From a virus: 64,000 nt of DNA. The first letter of the stretch is position 1, and each line of letters opens with the position of its first letter. Below the pieces are notes generated by a model. It worked only from the letters and a program-made list of their open reading frames with translations. It was not told where the DNA came from and searched no databases. The position numbers and the translations under genes were made by a program. The stretch is taken from the IMG/VR virus record IMGVR_UViG_3300028563_000011, positions 1 to 64,000 of that record. One strand, given 5' to 3'. Shown here piece by piece: positions 33,313 through 44,349 of this stretch.

Positions 33313-34872
33313 TTAGAAGACTTCCCAAACCTCAATAGTAGAATTTATAAGAACACTTGATGTTCCATTAGGAGTGTTTTGAGCAAATTGTGGAACAATA
33401 GTTCCAGTAGTACTGACTCTAATAAATCCTTCAATCTCAGTAAATACAGTTGTAGCCCCAGCTTGACCAGCCCCAGTAGCACCTAAGGCAGTTTGTCTCT
33501 TTGTTACTACAAGAGAACTCGCTCCATTATTTATGGACTTAATGTTATAAGTGATAGATACGGGCGTAGCTGTACCCCCCATTGAATATTGATGACCACC
33601 TGTAGCATCGGCTGTTACGTGTAACACAACTCTAAATTTATAATTGACTCCAGAAGCAAGATTAACCTGAAGATCAGTAATCGACGCTAAAGTAGCATTC
33701 GTCTTATCGAATTGAGCAGTTAGATAGTGCAGTCCGTTAGTACCTAATATTCCTTTAGTTATATCACTTGTTTTAAGAACATTGCCAATATTCATAACAT
33801 TGGAGTTAGTAGCTCCGTAGACATCAACACTAGGACCAATTACTATGTTATTACTACCACTTGTTAGACTAGCAGCAGCGCCAGGGCCTATAATAGTATT
33901 ACTGTTTCCAGTAACCAAGAGAGCACCAGCAGCTTGCCCAATACCAATATTATTAGCACCAGTAGCATTAACAAATGCATTAACGCCTATAGCAACATTG
34001 TTGTCAGCTAGATCGGAATTTAGGGCGTTAGCCCCTATCGCAATGTTATAATTACCATGCTTATTTTGGTAAAGAGCAGTCGAACCAAACCCTACATTGT
34101 AGTTTCCATCTATATTCGCAGCTAAACAACGGTCCCCTATAGCAACATTTGATAGACCAGTAGTATTAGCTAATAAACAAGCCCCACCGATAGATATGTT
34201 AACATTTCCGCTTGTATTAACCGGTAATGCCGAAGTGCCAATAGCAACATTGCTAGTACCGGTATTAGCGCCAGCAATTGCACCGTTACCGATAGCGACG
34301 TTACCAGCACCAGTATTGGCTCCGGCAAGAGCCGAAACTCCAATCGCTATATTATTATCCCCTGTATTAGCATTACCAGCAGCCGAACCAATTGCAGTAT
34401 TAGATGCCCCAGTTGTCCCACTTGTTAAAGTATTGGCACCAACCGCTGTGTTGTTAGTACCAGCTATGTTACTTCGTAAGGCATTCGTACCAACTGCTGT
34501 ATTACTTACTCCCGTACTATCTCGAAGAGCAAGAGCCCCTACAGCAGTAACTTGAACAGCGGTAGTGACGGATTGCATGGCACGATTGCCAATTGCAACA
34601 TTGTTACCAGCCGTAGTATTAGCAGCCCCAGCATTATACCCAACAAATACGTTTGAACCTCCAGTTGTATTTGCTAGACCAGCATTAACCCCTACCGCAG
34701 TATTGAAAGCCCCTGTATTATTTGCAGTGAGGGTTGAATAACCTACAGCTGTATTATTATTACCTGTGGTAAGGGAGCGGAGAGCTCCATAACCAAATAA
34801 TGTATTAAAACTGGAGACAACTGCTCCTATAAATCGACGTAAACGTGGGCGACTACCGGGGTTCAAAAACAT
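33313..34872 (-). CDS. beta-solenoid tail fibre protein (NTAxG..AL repeats)
   Basis: about 20 14-aa repeats; start placed at ATG 34872. Confidence 0.8.
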   Translation of the reverse strand: MFLNPGSRPRLRRFIGAVVSSFNTLFGYGALRSLTTGNNNTAVGYSTLTANNTGAFNTAVGVNAGLANTTGGSNVFVGYNAGAANTTAGNNVAIGNRAMQSVTTAVQVTAVGALALRDSTGVSNTAVGTNALRSNIAGTNNTAVGANTLTSGTTGASNTAIGSAAGNANTGDNNIAIGVSALAGANTGAGNVAIGNGAIAGANTGTSNVAIGTSALPVNTSGNVNISIGGACLLANTTGLSNVAIGDRCLAANIDGNYNVGFGSTALYQNKHGNYNIAIGANALNSDLADNNVAIGVNAFVNATGANNIGIGQAAGALLVTGNSNTIIGPGAAASLTSGSNNIVIGPSVDVYGATNSNVMNIGNVLKTSDITKGILGTNGLHYLTAQFDKTNATLASITDLQVNLASGVNYKFRVVLHVTADATGGHQYSMGGTATPVSITYNIKSINNGASSLVVTKRQTALGATGAGQAGATTVFTEIEGFIRVSTTGTIVPQFAQNTPNGTSSVLINSTIEVWEVF

Positions 34873-34876
34873 GGGC

Positions 34877-35314
34877 TTAGAAATCCCCAACAACAGCTGC
34901 AAGGTTAATAAAGGAATTAGTGGTTAACGCAGTTGCAAAAGTTGCTTGTAGTATATCTCCACTTTGGAGGAAGAAATATGGGTTTCCATCACTATCAATA
35001 GGTAAACCAGGCCATAAAGTGGGGGTCATAAGGTTCTTGGCTGGGGTCCCGTTAGCCCAGCCATCATTCACAGCAGTTGTAAAAACAACACCACCATAAA
35101 TAATACCACTCCTATTTATCGCAAGAGTGACATTGTGTGTAAGAGAACCATCATTATTGTTTTCCCAAAGACCAATTATCTTAGAACCATTAGCCCCACC
35201 AGTGTACAAAGTTTTATACGTGCCTGGGGCATCTGGTGTTGATATTGTTCCCAAAAACTGAACCAAAGCAAGTTTAGGAACTTGAACCAATACTGGTGAG
35301 GAAGAAGTAGCCAT
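34877..35314 (-). CDS. virion tail-associated protein
   Basis: TLYTGGANGSKI...LPID..G..Y..L..G motif; tail context. Confidence 0.7.
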   Translation of the reverse strand: MATSSSPVLVQVPKLALVQFLGTISTPDAPGTYKTLYTGGANGSKIIGLWENNNDGSLTHNVTLAINRSGIIYGGVVFTTAVNDGWANGTPAKNLMTPTLWPGLPIDSDGNPYFFLQSGDILQATFATALTTNSFINLAAVVGDF

Positions 35315-35799
35315 TATATGCCTCCAAAGTGAGTGAAGTTATATAGATAATTCACAGAATCCCAAGGCTTTGTATGGTAGCCGTTAATTATGACCCACCC
35401 ATCAACCCCATTACTCTTAAATCCAAGGATACCATCAGCGATCTTTATACTGATCGTAGTGTATATTTTATTTATTACATCGCTACCAGCCCTTGTGATA
35501 GAAATTTTAATTCCACTTGTGCAATTCCCTGATTCATCCCCCACCCAAAGCACTACGCCAGCCTCAACACTATTAGCAGCGGGTAAAGTAACCGTTCTTG
35601 AAGCTGTTAAAGAGGTGTAAGAAATCCAGTATTCTGAACCAGCAGTTATAGTATGATCAGCATCAGCAACAGTTGTGCGAGTGGCAAGCAAAGCATAAAG
35701 TTCAATGAAATTGTCATTTGCTTTTATGAAAGCAGTGCGTAGTGGATCACCGGTACCATCGTTGGCGACCGTACCGACACTAATGCTTTCTCTAGCCAT
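35314..35799 (-). CDS. tail fibre/baseplate-associated protein
   Basis: I.VGT.ANDGTGD.LR.AF.K.N.NF.ELY N-terminal motif. Confidence 0.8.
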   Translation of the reverse strand: MARESISVGTVANDGTGDPLRTAFIKANDNFIELYALLATRTTVADADHTITAGSEYWISYTSLTASRTVTLPAANSVEAGVVLWVGDESGNCTSGIKISITRAGSDVINKIYTTISIKIADGILGFKSNGVDGWVIINGYHTKPWDSVNYLYNFTHFGGI

Positions 35800-38700
35800 T
35801 AAAACGAATCCGCCTTGAGTATTGCATTATCTGCACTGAACACTGTAGTATCAGCTGTAGGCCCAAAGTGAATATAGAATGTTTTCGTATCCGAGTAAAG
35901 GCTAGACGTGCCACCAAAGCTTGTGGCTAAAACTTTAACTTCTATGGTATCACCCAACGCAAAACCAGTCAAAGTAACTTCTCCTGCCCCCGCAGGACCT
36001 GTTACCGTTGAGAATGTTGGACCACCGACATGTCGATACGCAACAGTATACGTAAATGGCGGAACACCAAATCCCGCAGCTATGAAAACTTCTGCGCTTC
36101 CCAATGCAATTGTTGTATTTATAACCGTTATAGAAGGAATACCAGGGGCCACATCCGGTACTGACGTTATATCCCCAATCCGCCCATCCCAAGCTGGTGG
36201 AACTTCTGCATCCGTTAACGAATCAATTTGAGGGGCATGAGGTAATAATGTCAGTAAACCACTATGAGTATCATTCCGTTCAATTGACTTAACTATAACT
36301 TCTAAGGCTGGGGAGGAGATCGAGTAAAATGAAGCCAAATCTCCAACTTCAGGTAAAGTCCCAGAACTTGTTATAACTAAGAGTTTGGTAGTACCATCCA
36401 TAGGAGCAATAGTATGTTCTATGGTTGAATTATCTGAACTCCGGAACCTACATTTGTAGGTTCCGCTCGCTACCATTGTAACAAATTCATCGATCTCTAC
36501 TGTATTATCTGAAACGGAACGGACTCGTCCACCAATCTGACGCCTATCAATTACTGGGTGTGCTAAATACCCAGCATCCCCCCGGCTGATCGTAAGATGT
36601 TCAATATCCTGATTAACTGTCCAACTACGCCTTCGGTAGATTGCCTCGTACTGACGACGCCTTGCTTCAATCCAAACTTCTGCAGGGTCTGTTTTACCAG
36701 GGATATTCAAATCCTCAGTGATTGCTACATCACCAAGATCAACTCCTGGGAAAGGAACGGTACGCCTTGATGCTATATAGTTATAGGTTTTATCCAAAAA
36801 TGGAACAACGTAAGCATCAGGATAGAATATTGGGGGATCGGCCTCCTTCAACCCCCAAGAATTCCTTGTAGAGATGTTATCAAAAAACTCCGTACGGGGC
36901 CTATCAATTATGATAGTACGTTTATCCAACCTTGCAGGCAATGCCCGTCCTGCACCACAAATATCTGCAAGAGTATCCTCACGAGTGACTGCATCCGTAA
37001 TAAAGGCATTATAGGTCAAACCTTTAGTGTTACAAAAGGTATGCCAATCCTCAAAAGCAGCAAGATCAAGCTCCGAGTCTTGATCTGGAAATACGTTTTG
37101 GGGGCCTTGTAAGAGTAGCCTAGCAATAGAAGCTGGGTTGGATGTTGCTTGAGTTACCCAAGAACTCCCATTCCAATCTGGGCAAAGTCTTCTAGCGAAG
37201 ATATTGAAAGTATCAAGAGTACCATTCAATTGAGCACTAGCTTTTATCCGTAAGGCCACATAAGCCATAGGCTTTTCGTAATTGAACGGGTATTCCGGTC
37301 GAAACCCACGAGACGTAACCCAAGTACACTTAGCTGTTGCGCGATTATTCCCTGAAACTGCGTCACTATCTGAATAAATAGAGTATTTTGTTAGTTTTAT
37401 CTCGTATTGTCCCCTAGGAACATCCCATTCAATCATTCGCCAAAATGGCGTAAGAGTTCCAGCACTAATTGTAAGGACACCATCCCTAGTCATCCCTGCG
37501 CCAATAACATCCAACCAAGTAGAAGACCCAATAGCACGATACTGGGCTTGGATGTCAATACTTATAGGATGGGGTCCGCCATTACTATCATAAAGAATCA
37601 TCCCTCCTGGAAAGAAAATCTCAACTTGAATATGAGTTATATCCCTAGCTGAAGCTCGAATTTGGGGTTGTTCTGATCCAGGAACAAACTGTGGAGAAAG
37701 TACTCCAGTTAATTGTGGAGGAGGCAAGTCAATTGAGAGGGATTCCTCAATAACCTGTTGGTGGTATAAGGTAAGAGGATCATCTGTGTCATAACCTTCA
37801 CGGTACTCAATTTCGTAGTCCGTGAATTCTGTTAAATCAGTTAGCCCTATCCTAGGGGCGTAATTCGAAAGATCAAGCGGACCATATCCTAACAAGAAAG
37901 CTACACGAATATAACGGTCATCCCCAACCGTTTCACTATACGGAAATGCCGCGTAAGGGGGAGCAAAACGCAACTCCCCAAACACGTTAGGTACTGGCAT
38001 TTCCGGTGTAGCTGTATTCTGTAAACCATCAATAGCATAAATCTGCCCAGCCGATAACGTAACTGGGGGCCTAATTGGCACAAGAGCATTAACGATTGCT
38101 CCACCACCTAAAGCTAAGGCTCCAGTACCAACTGCACTCAAAAAGTTAACAGCATTTGCCGAAAATAGTCCTGTGGCTGTTAAGGCTGGAGCAAGTTCTA
38201 ATTGTCCTATAGCCAAAGCAGCAACAGTAACAGCAATCAACAAAGCCGACCGCAATAAGTCATTGGCCCCAGGTATAACCCGTATAAACAGTTTGTCCCA
38301 AGCTTTGGGTTTAATTCTTGACCATTGCTTTTGAGGTACTACAACATTATCGAACAAGACCCGAACACGATTATACTGGGCCTCAGCGAGGCCAGGGAGG
38401 GCCAAGGAGACCGCATCCGCGATCGTGGAGCCAAGGGGGACCGTTAGGGAGAAACGCTCTCCCAGGTCTAAACTCGGGAGAATTAGAGCCTTCCCAGCTT
38501 CGAGGGGAACAGGCTCCACAGCTATCTCAGGTACGTAAAACCTATGACGTAAAAAACGACCAATTAAAGGCTTCCATCGGCCTTCATTGTACCGCTCAAC
38601 TCTCGAAGTAATGTCATGAGCTACATGTATAAATTCACCCCGACGCCGTACTAAGCCAATATGGGACTCAACTCGTCCTAACTTAAATGTTACTAAGTCA

Positions 38701-38948
38701 AAAGGTCGAACCTCAGTCTCATCAATATTATGCCAAGGCCAATATTCTGATGAGTCTAAACTTGCCAATGTGGCTTGCCTAAGCTCCTCTTCGCAAGCTT
38801 CTCCATAAAATCCAGGAAGGTTGATGCCCAGCTGCTCTTGGTAGACAAGAGAGATCAACCCCCAACAAGAAACTCCAGAGCGTTGGGCTCCACCCTCAGT
38901 AAAGGATAAGCCAAGATAATCACTACTCCAGTGCCGAATATTATTCAT
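35799..38948 (-). CDS. central tail tip/hub protein (TipJ-like) with N-terminal NlpC/P60 domain
   Basis: SCWGL...HIG....FIH (NlpC/P60) followed by J-like region and FN3-like C-terminus. Confidence 0.9.
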   Translation of the reverse strand: MNNIRHWSSDYLGLSFTEGGAQRSGVSCWGLISLVYQEQLGINLPGFYGEACEEELRQATLASLDSSEYWPWHNIDETEVRPFDLVTFKLGRVESHIGLVRRRGEFIHVAHDITSRVERYNEGRWKPLIGRFLRHRFYVPEIAVEPVPLEAGKALILPSLDLGERFSLTVPLGSTIADAVSLALPGLAEAQYNRVRVLFDNVVVPQKQWSRIKPKAWDKLFIRVIPGANDLLRSALLIAVTVAALAIGQLELAPALTATGLFSANAVNFLSAVGTGALALGGGAIVNALVPIRPPVTLSAGQIYAIDGLQNTATPEMPVPNVFGELRFAPPYAAFPYSETVGDDRYIRVAFLLGYGPLDLSNYAPRIGLTDLTEFTDYEIEYREGYDTDDPLTLYHQQVIEESLSIDLPPPQLTGVLSPQFVPGSEQPQIRASARDITHIQVEIFFPGGMILYDSNGGPHPISIDIQAQYRAIGSSTWLDVIGAGMTRDGVLTISAGTLTPFWRMIEWDVPRGQYEIKLTKYSIYSDSDAVSGNNRATAKCTWVTSRGFRPEYPFNYEKPMAYVALRIKASAQLNGTLDTFNIFARRLCPDWNGSSWVTQATSNPASIARLLLQGPQNVFPDQDSELDLAAFEDWHTFCNTKGLTYNAFITDAVTREDTLADICGAGRALPARLDKRTIIIDRPRTEFFDNISTRNSWGLKEADPPIFYPDAYVVPFLDKTYNYIASRRTVPFPGVDLGDVAITEDLNIPGKTDPAEVWIEARRRQYEAIYRRRSWTVNQDIEHLTISRGDAGYLAHPVIDRRQIGGRVRSVSDNTVEIDEFVTMVASGTYKCRFRSSDNSTIEHTIAPMDGTTKLLVITSSGTLPEVGDLASFYSISSPALEVIVKSIERNDTHSGLLTLLPHAPQIDSLTDAEVPPAWDGRIGDITSVPDVAPGIPSITVINTTIALGSAEVFIAAGFGVPPFTYTVAYRHVGGPTFSTVTGPAGAGEVTLTGFALGDTIEVKVLATSFGGTSSLYSDTKTFYIHFGPTADTTVFSADNAILKADSF

Positions 38949-39466
38949 CGATGTAGCCCAGGAGCCTTGTTGCGAGTTTGTCGCTCTCCAACCAAAGGCT
39001 CTAGACGATCTGCAGAATACGTACGGTTACCATAGCGAGAAACAGAAAGAGTAACTGTAGCCATCTCATAGTTACGATCAACAATCACAAGGTTTGGGAT
39101 GCTTAAAAACTGAGTGTCAGGCTGAGACCGTAATGCTAAGGCAATTGTTACTGTTGCCAACAGTGTCAAATTACGAACCAAAGGTTCAACATTCTCTACG
39201 ATATTATCAATGATAATATCGGTGGATTGAGAAAGATCTTCCGATTCTGTGGGGATAACTACATTTTGTAGTGCGTAGTTATACGTCAAACCATTAGAAA
39301 CAATACCGTAAGTCAATGGATCTGTAGCTAATAACCCAGGATAGTTTGTATAAAGTATAGGAGAACTTAAACTGCTATCTGCTATGGTTACTAATACAAC
39401 TAAGACATCGTCAATCTCTTCTGCAGTAAGAGCTTCCTTGATAAGAGTAGGAAGATCTAATGCCAT
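38945..39466 (-). CDS. DUF1833-like tail tip protein
   Basis: position and LVTI...IDNI...PGL motif. Confidence 0.75.
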   Translation of the reverse strand: MALDLPTLIKEALTAEEIDDVLVVLVTIADSSLSSPILYTNYPGLLATDPLTYGIVSNGLTYNYALQNVVIPTESEDLSQSTDIIIDNIVENVEPLVRNLTLLATVTIALALRSQPDTQFLSIPNLVIVDRNYEMATVTLSVSRYGNRTYSADRLEPLVGERQTRNKAPGLHR

Positions 39467-39471
39467 AAGAG

Positions 39472-39903
39472 TTAAGCCAACCTTTCAATCTGAAACTGAT
39501 GATCAACTAAAAATCCACTTTTAGGAGTTTTAACAGGAGTAGTTCCCCCAAACCGTACCAACCACCAAGACCCAAATACAATTGGGGTACCGCTTTGATC
39601 GGTTATAGTGTTACCATCCTGATCAGTCAAGGTTAAACCATCATAGAATAAATCAGGTAACCAGAAAGGTAAGACTCCATATCCAATTTCTTCATTCCAA
39701 AATCGCTCAAATCTAGCGTATTGATCTATTGTCAATGGCTGAACTTGAACGGTAAAAGGAGTAACAGCTGCAGAATTCAATAACCTTACCTTACCAGGAC
39801 CTGTATCAGTTTGACTCCGAATACGACCTTCTGCTTGTGAGAGCGTAAAGTTATCAAGGGCTGCAAGCTGCGGTAAATCAGAAGGCCATGTCGGTATGGT
39901 CAT
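39472..39903 (-). CDS. distal tail protein
   Basis: WP..LP...IRS.TD.GP.K.R...F..FW..E...G..PF. Confidence 0.8.
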   Translation of the reverse strand: MTIPTWPSDLPQLAALDNFTLSQAEGRIRSQTDTGPGKVRLLNSAAVTPFTVQVQPLTIDQYARFERFWNEEIGYGVLPFWLPDLFYDGLTLTDQDGNTITDQSGTPIVFGSWWLVRFGGTTPVKTPKSGFLVDHQFQIERLA

Positions 39904-42900
39904 GAGCCACGTAACCTAGGTTTTTGCTTTTGTCCCTGACTAGACAATAAACTGCGACTAGCTGGGGTTCCAGGTAAGAGAGCCGAGTTAACCATTTCAT
40001 TAATCACAATTCTGGCTTGCCGACCGCCCTTGCCATCTGACTCTTGTTGCACAGAAACACTAGCACCAGAGTGATTGTTTTCTACTGTAATTTGAGGTTG
40101 AAGGTAAATAGGTTGATTACCCCCGCCACTACCCCCATTCCAACTGTGACGAGGGTCATTACGTGTGATAACTTCTTCGTCATCCATAGCAATAATGGGG
40201 CGTTCTTTACCAACAATGCCACCACTATGAAAACGCGGAGCGTTAGTAAATTCTGAAGCGTGAACATAACGGGTTGCAGGTATATTCCCTACAATTCCAC
40301 CTGTATGCCCTTGACCTAAAGCAACCCACTCATTGCCAGTTAGCGTACCAGCACCCCCAGAACCTTGACCCCCAGAAAACTGAGCCAATGGATTATACCC
40401 AGTACCAATACCAAACATCCCTAAAGAACTACCCAAGATTTGTTTTATCAGTTGTTTACTAGCCATATCTATTAAAGTGTTCTGTAGGTTCTTAAAGGCA
40501 TCAGTTAAAGCAGTAATACCTTTTGTACCATTTGCAAGTTCAGTAAAGAACGTCGAAGCAAACGTTCCAGCTTGATCTGTTACAGCCTTTAACTCCGCGT
40601 TCAAACGCGTAGTTTGAGCTAAAGTATCGTCCATAAACTTAGACCAATCTCCTCCGTGAAGAGATTTTTGTAAATCAGCAACCTGCTTATCCGTATCGCT
40701 TAAGAACATCGTCTCACGAGTATATTTAGCGTCATCAGCAGCTTGAGATTCTCTAGTCGCTTGCTTTAATTGAGCTTCCAAATCCTTTTGAGCTTGTAAT
40801 GCAGTAATATGAGACTCATCCGCCTTGATGCGATGGGCCGCAGCTTCAGTCTCGACTTGTTGACGTGCTTGCAGTTCACCACGAAGCTTATCCTGCTGTT
40901 CAATAGATTTACCAACAAGAGTCAATTCCAATTGAGAAGTCTGAATACTTTGAGAACCCGACAGTAACCTAGATCTTGCTGCTTCAGCCAAGGTAAAGCG
41001 TTCTTGTGCTGTAGCTAAAGTGCCAGCTTGTGTTGATAGCTGTTTATAAATATCTAATGTCTTTTGATCTATTGTAGCATTAGCTCCATGAAGTACCAAG
41101 TATTGTTGTTCAAGTTTGGTCATCTCCTGTAGAGCAGCTTGCTGACCCTTAGCCTCAGGAGAAAGCGCGCCAATACCTTTCATTGCGACGTTAAAGTTTT
41201 GAGTTTCTTCTCTTAATTTAATGGTTAAATCTAAAGATTCTTTCATACTCTGGTCGTACCGCATAAACTTAGCTGGTAAAGAATTTAATTGATTGACCCA
41301 ATCTTCCTTAAACAAGCCTTGCAACATGGTTATAACAGCGGATTCATTTGTACCAATATCGCCAAGCTGTAAAACTTCAGCCTGAGACTTTAACTTTTGA
41401 AGTTCAGTTGTAACTTTCAATAACTGCATTGTTGATGCGTATTCATTAGACAAAGCAGCAATCTCAGAAGGAGCTAACTTTAGCTTACCTTCCTTCACTG
41501 CTCTCAATAACTCGTCTTGAATACGCAACTGAGTCGTTGCCTGCGTGCTCCGGCTTATATTATCAATTTCTGACTGCATTTCCTTTGTTTGATCTTTAAT
41601 ATGTTGTACTAATGGTTGTAATTGGAGAGATTGTTCTCCATAAACTTGGTTTAATTCTGTAGCTTTACGAGTAACAGCATCCTCGTCTTGTAGTAAAACT
41701 TTAAGAGCAGCACTTGCCTCCGCATAAGATTGCGTAGCGTGCTGCATACTATCCGCTTGAGCCCCGGCTTGATTTGGCTCATTCGGAGAAACTGCTCCTA
41801 AAATATCTGCAATTGTAAGCTTACTTGTAGCTATTGCAGAAGTTGGGGTTGTGGGTTGTTGAAGGGCTGGAAACGCCCGAGCAGGGCTTAAGGCTCCACG
41901 CTTTAAGCGAGCAGCTGCCGCAGTAAAGGCATCATTTTCTCCAGTAACAGCTTGATACGGCCCAGTTGTTTGCTCTTGTCCTGGAGATGGAATATTATAC
42001 AAGCGATCAGCTTGAGTGATAGGAGCGCCCATCAAACCAAAACGAAGAGCACTTGCAGTTGTACTTATAGTATCATTTAAAGCTTTTAAATAGGTTGAAA
42101 GCTTACCGAACCAAACCCTTATATTACTTGGTTGTTCAAGCCAAGGTTTGTTTAGTTGCTCAGTCCAGTAATCTGCACTATCTTTTATACGCTTGTCAAT
42201 TGCATCAAATTGTAAGGCTATGCCTTTGGCATAGTACATAGTATATTGATCACTGGAAGAAGGTTTAGACTTATCAGATTTATCTAATAAGTTTTGAAGA
42301 ACAATCGCACCATAAGCCTGTACTTGTTTATAAATATCCGGAGGTAAAATCATCTTAGCAAGGTCTAAAGCCGCCAACCGTTGACCTGCAGCAATAGCTT
42401 GATCCATCAAAGTAACAACAGCCTTAAATTTATCCTCCAAAGTTTGGGCTGTACTTAAAGCTGTAACTCCAGTATTTCCCTGGAAATACCCCATATTACT
42501 TAATTGAATGATACGGTTTCCTAACGGATCTCCTCCTATCCTTTGGGTTGTTAATTCATCCACCTTATGAAGAGCATCAATAACTGAATCAAGACTTAGC
42601 TTTGTACTGTCTGCAGCTTTTTGCAGTCCAATAAAGAATGGTAGGTCCAATTGAGCTTTGCTTGCTGCATCAATTTCTTTAGATGCGTTTACGACAGCAG
42701 CTTTAGCTAAAGTCCAAGCACTGACTACAACAAGAGTAGCTGCCCCCAAAGCTGTTGTAGCACGGGCTACAGTAACGACCGTAGCTGCCATAGCAGCAGC
42801 TGAAGCAACCGCTTGAGGGGAAGCAAAAGAAGCCATAGCCCCAGTAGAAGCAACTCCTAATAAAGCCCAAGCTTTGGATGACGCTTCAACAGCAGGTTGT

Positions 42901-43133
42901 GATTCTTTAATGCTTGAGTTTACTCTTTGATAGGTTGCATCCATGTCAGTCAAAGCTTTTGTTAAGTCTTTGACTGCTTTTGTTGAATCTTCCGTGGAAC
43001 CTGTAAACCCACCAAGGTCTCTTACGCCACTTTGGCTAAAAGAATTCAAAGAGGACTTAGCTTGCGCTAAGTCCCGGTCAAGAGAATCAAGGCGGGCTCG
43101 CACATCAACCGAAACGGAGCCAGCTTGTATCAT
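39900..43133 (-). CDS. tape measure protein
   Basis: 1077 aa, helical, AGSVSVDVRA N-terminus, H.GG.V..PRFHSGG C-terminus. Confidence 0.92.
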   Translation of the reverse strand: MIQAGSVSVDVRARLDSLDRDLAQAKSSLNSFSQSGVRDLGGFTGSTEDSTKAVKDLTKALTDMDATYQRVNSSIKESQPAVEASSKAWALLGVASTGAMASFASPQAVASAAAMAATVVTVARATTALGAATLVVVSAWTLAKAAVVNASKEIDAASKAQLDLPFFIGLQKAADSTKLSLDSVIDALHKVDELTTQRIGGDPLGNRIIQLSNMGYFQGNTGVTALSTAQTLEDKFKAVVTLMDQAIAAGQRLAALDLAKMILPPDIYKQVQAYGAIVLQNLLDKSDKSKPSSSDQYTMYYAKGIALQFDAIDKRIKDSADYWTEQLNKPWLEQPSNIRVWFGKLSTYLKALNDTISTTASALRFGLMGAPITQADRLYNIPSPGQEQTTGPYQAVTGENDAFTAAAARLKRGALSPARAFPALQQPTTPTSAIATSKLTIADILGAVSPNEPNQAGAQADSMQHATQSYAEASAALKVLLQDEDAVTRKATELNQVYGEQSLQLQPLVQHIKDQTKEMQSEIDNISRSTQATTQLRIQDELLRAVKEGKLKLAPSEIAALSNEYASTMQLLKVTTELQKLKSQAEVLQLGDIGTNESAVITMLQGLFKEDWVNQLNSLPAKFMRYDQSMKESLDLTIKLREETQNFNVAMKGIGALSPEAKGQQAALQEMTKLEQQYLVLHGANATIDQKTLDIYKQLSTQAGTLATAQERFTLAEAARSRLLSGSQSIQTSQLELTLVGKSIEQQDKLRGELQARQQVETEAAAHRIKADESHITALQAQKDLEAQLKQATRESQAADDAKYTRETMFLSDTDKQVADLQKSLHGGDWSKFMDDTLAQTTRLNAELKAVTDQAGTFASTFFTELANGTKGITALTDAFKNLQNTLIDMASKQLIKQILGSSLGMFGIGTGYNPLAQFSGGQGSGGAGTLTGNEWVALGQGHTGGIVGNIPATRYVHASEFTNAPRFHSGGIVGKERPIIAMDDEEVITRNDPRHSWNGGSGGGNQPIYLQPQITVENNHSGASVSVQQESDGKGGRQARIVINEMVNSALLPGTPASRSLLSSQGQKQKPRLRGS

Positions 43134-43437
43134 TGGACCTTTGCTCTTCTGGTCTTTGGTCTTTTACCTGAGAATAAAGTGTCAAAGACCTTTGTTGTCA
43201 AGATTAAAGGTTGACCCTTAGCATCTCGCGGTGGACCACTTGATTTGGGCTTACCATCACCAAAAATGGCGCGATACATATCTACGCGCCCTAGGTACCC
43301 AATCTCAATCGCATTCATATCGGAGTGAAGTGTTTGTTCTTCGGTCCACCCTAACCAACCAAGGGCTTTCCTTTCTAGCCAGCCACAATACTCCTCTATG
43401 GTCCACGCTACGACTGAGGGTCCTCGGAAGAGTTCTC
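43130..43437 (-). CDS. tail assembly chaperone C-terminal extension (-1 frame of upstream gene)
   Basis: open -1 frame ALGWLGWTEEQ...SDMNAI..G..GR overlapping the end of the TAC gene. Confidence 0.65.
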
Positions 43438-43788
43438 CTCACTCTTGTTAATTGGGCGACCACCATTTGCTAAAACATGGAGGTACTCAATACACCGAGC
43501 AAGAAGAGCTCCACTATCATCTGTCAAGCCTGACGACCAAACAAGCTCAGGGATATCTTTGTCTTTCAATAACCCTGGCCGACCTGATTGTGGGCCTAGT
43601 CCAAGAGTTATCACCCGCACAACGACGTCAAAATCCATCCTTGCTACAGCATCAATAGTCCCACGAATACCTCCGTTTAGTCGAGACAGCTGTTGCGCAG
43701 CATTAAGGGTTGGGCGTAGGACGTAATCTTGGCCGCCAAGAGTGATCTCCACATTCCCAATACCCAACCTACTCTTTTCATCGCTCAT
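43408..43788 (-). CDS. tail assembly chaperone
   Basis: V.ITLGG..Y.LRPTL.A; lies between tail tube and tape measure genes. Confidence 0.8.
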   Translation of the reverse strand: MSDEKSRLGIGNVEITLGGQDYVLRPTLNAAQQLSRLNGGIRGTIDAVARMDFDVVVRVITLGLGPQSGRPGLLKDKDIPELVWSSGLTDDSGALLARCIEYLHVLANGGRPINKSEENSSEDPQS

Positions 43789-43823
43789 TTTTGCTATTCC
43801 TTTAGTTGACCCTTTAGAGATTA

Positions 43824-44306
43824 TTAGGAGGCATACACCTTCACGACGTTGGAGTTTACCCCTAATGTTGCCGTAAGCTTCATGACGTTATTAGCCGTAT
43901 CAAGTTGCTCACGGGAATCCATCACAAGCGCAAGGAAGTACCGTAAGGAATTTGTTGTTCCTCCACTAGGCATATCATTGAACTCAACCTTGAAAGCATA
44001 GTTATACGGAGTTTCTTCCGCTGCTCTCAAAGCAATCTGACCTAGATCACTATAGTCAATGCCACATATGATAGCCATATCACCAGCATCTCGGTTACCC
44101 TTGAGCTTGTGAGTACGCTTGTCTTTGATGGCATCAAACTTGATGTTTGAAGATTGATCTCCAAACTGACCAAGGTTCTCTAACCAGTTAACTTCAACCC
44201 AAGATTGTCCAGAAAAGTCACCAGAGACAAAGTCTGAGTTCTTGGGGGAGATTACCCCACCAATGTATAGGCGTGCACCAGAGGTAGCGAAAATACCAGC
44301 AGTCAT
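43824..44306 (-). CDS. major tail tube protein
   Basis: W.EV...E.LG.FGD...R..KLKG.RDAG...D.GQ.AL.AA. Confidence 0.9.
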   Translation of the reverse strand: MTAGIFATSGARLYIGGVISPKNSDFVSGDFSGQSWVEVNWLENLGQFGDQSSNIKFDAIKDKRTHKLKGNRDAGDMAIICGIDYSDLGQIALRAAEETPYNYAFKVEFNDMPSGGTTNSLRYFLALVMDSREQLDTANNVMKLTATLGVNSNVVKVYAS

Positions 44307-44349
44307 GACACTTGTTCCTTTTCGTTTGCCTTCCGCCTACTGATCCAGC

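Noticed and set aside
33760-34810. Periodic DNA in the tail fibre gene
   Set aside because: Explained by 14-aa beta-solenoid protein repeats.
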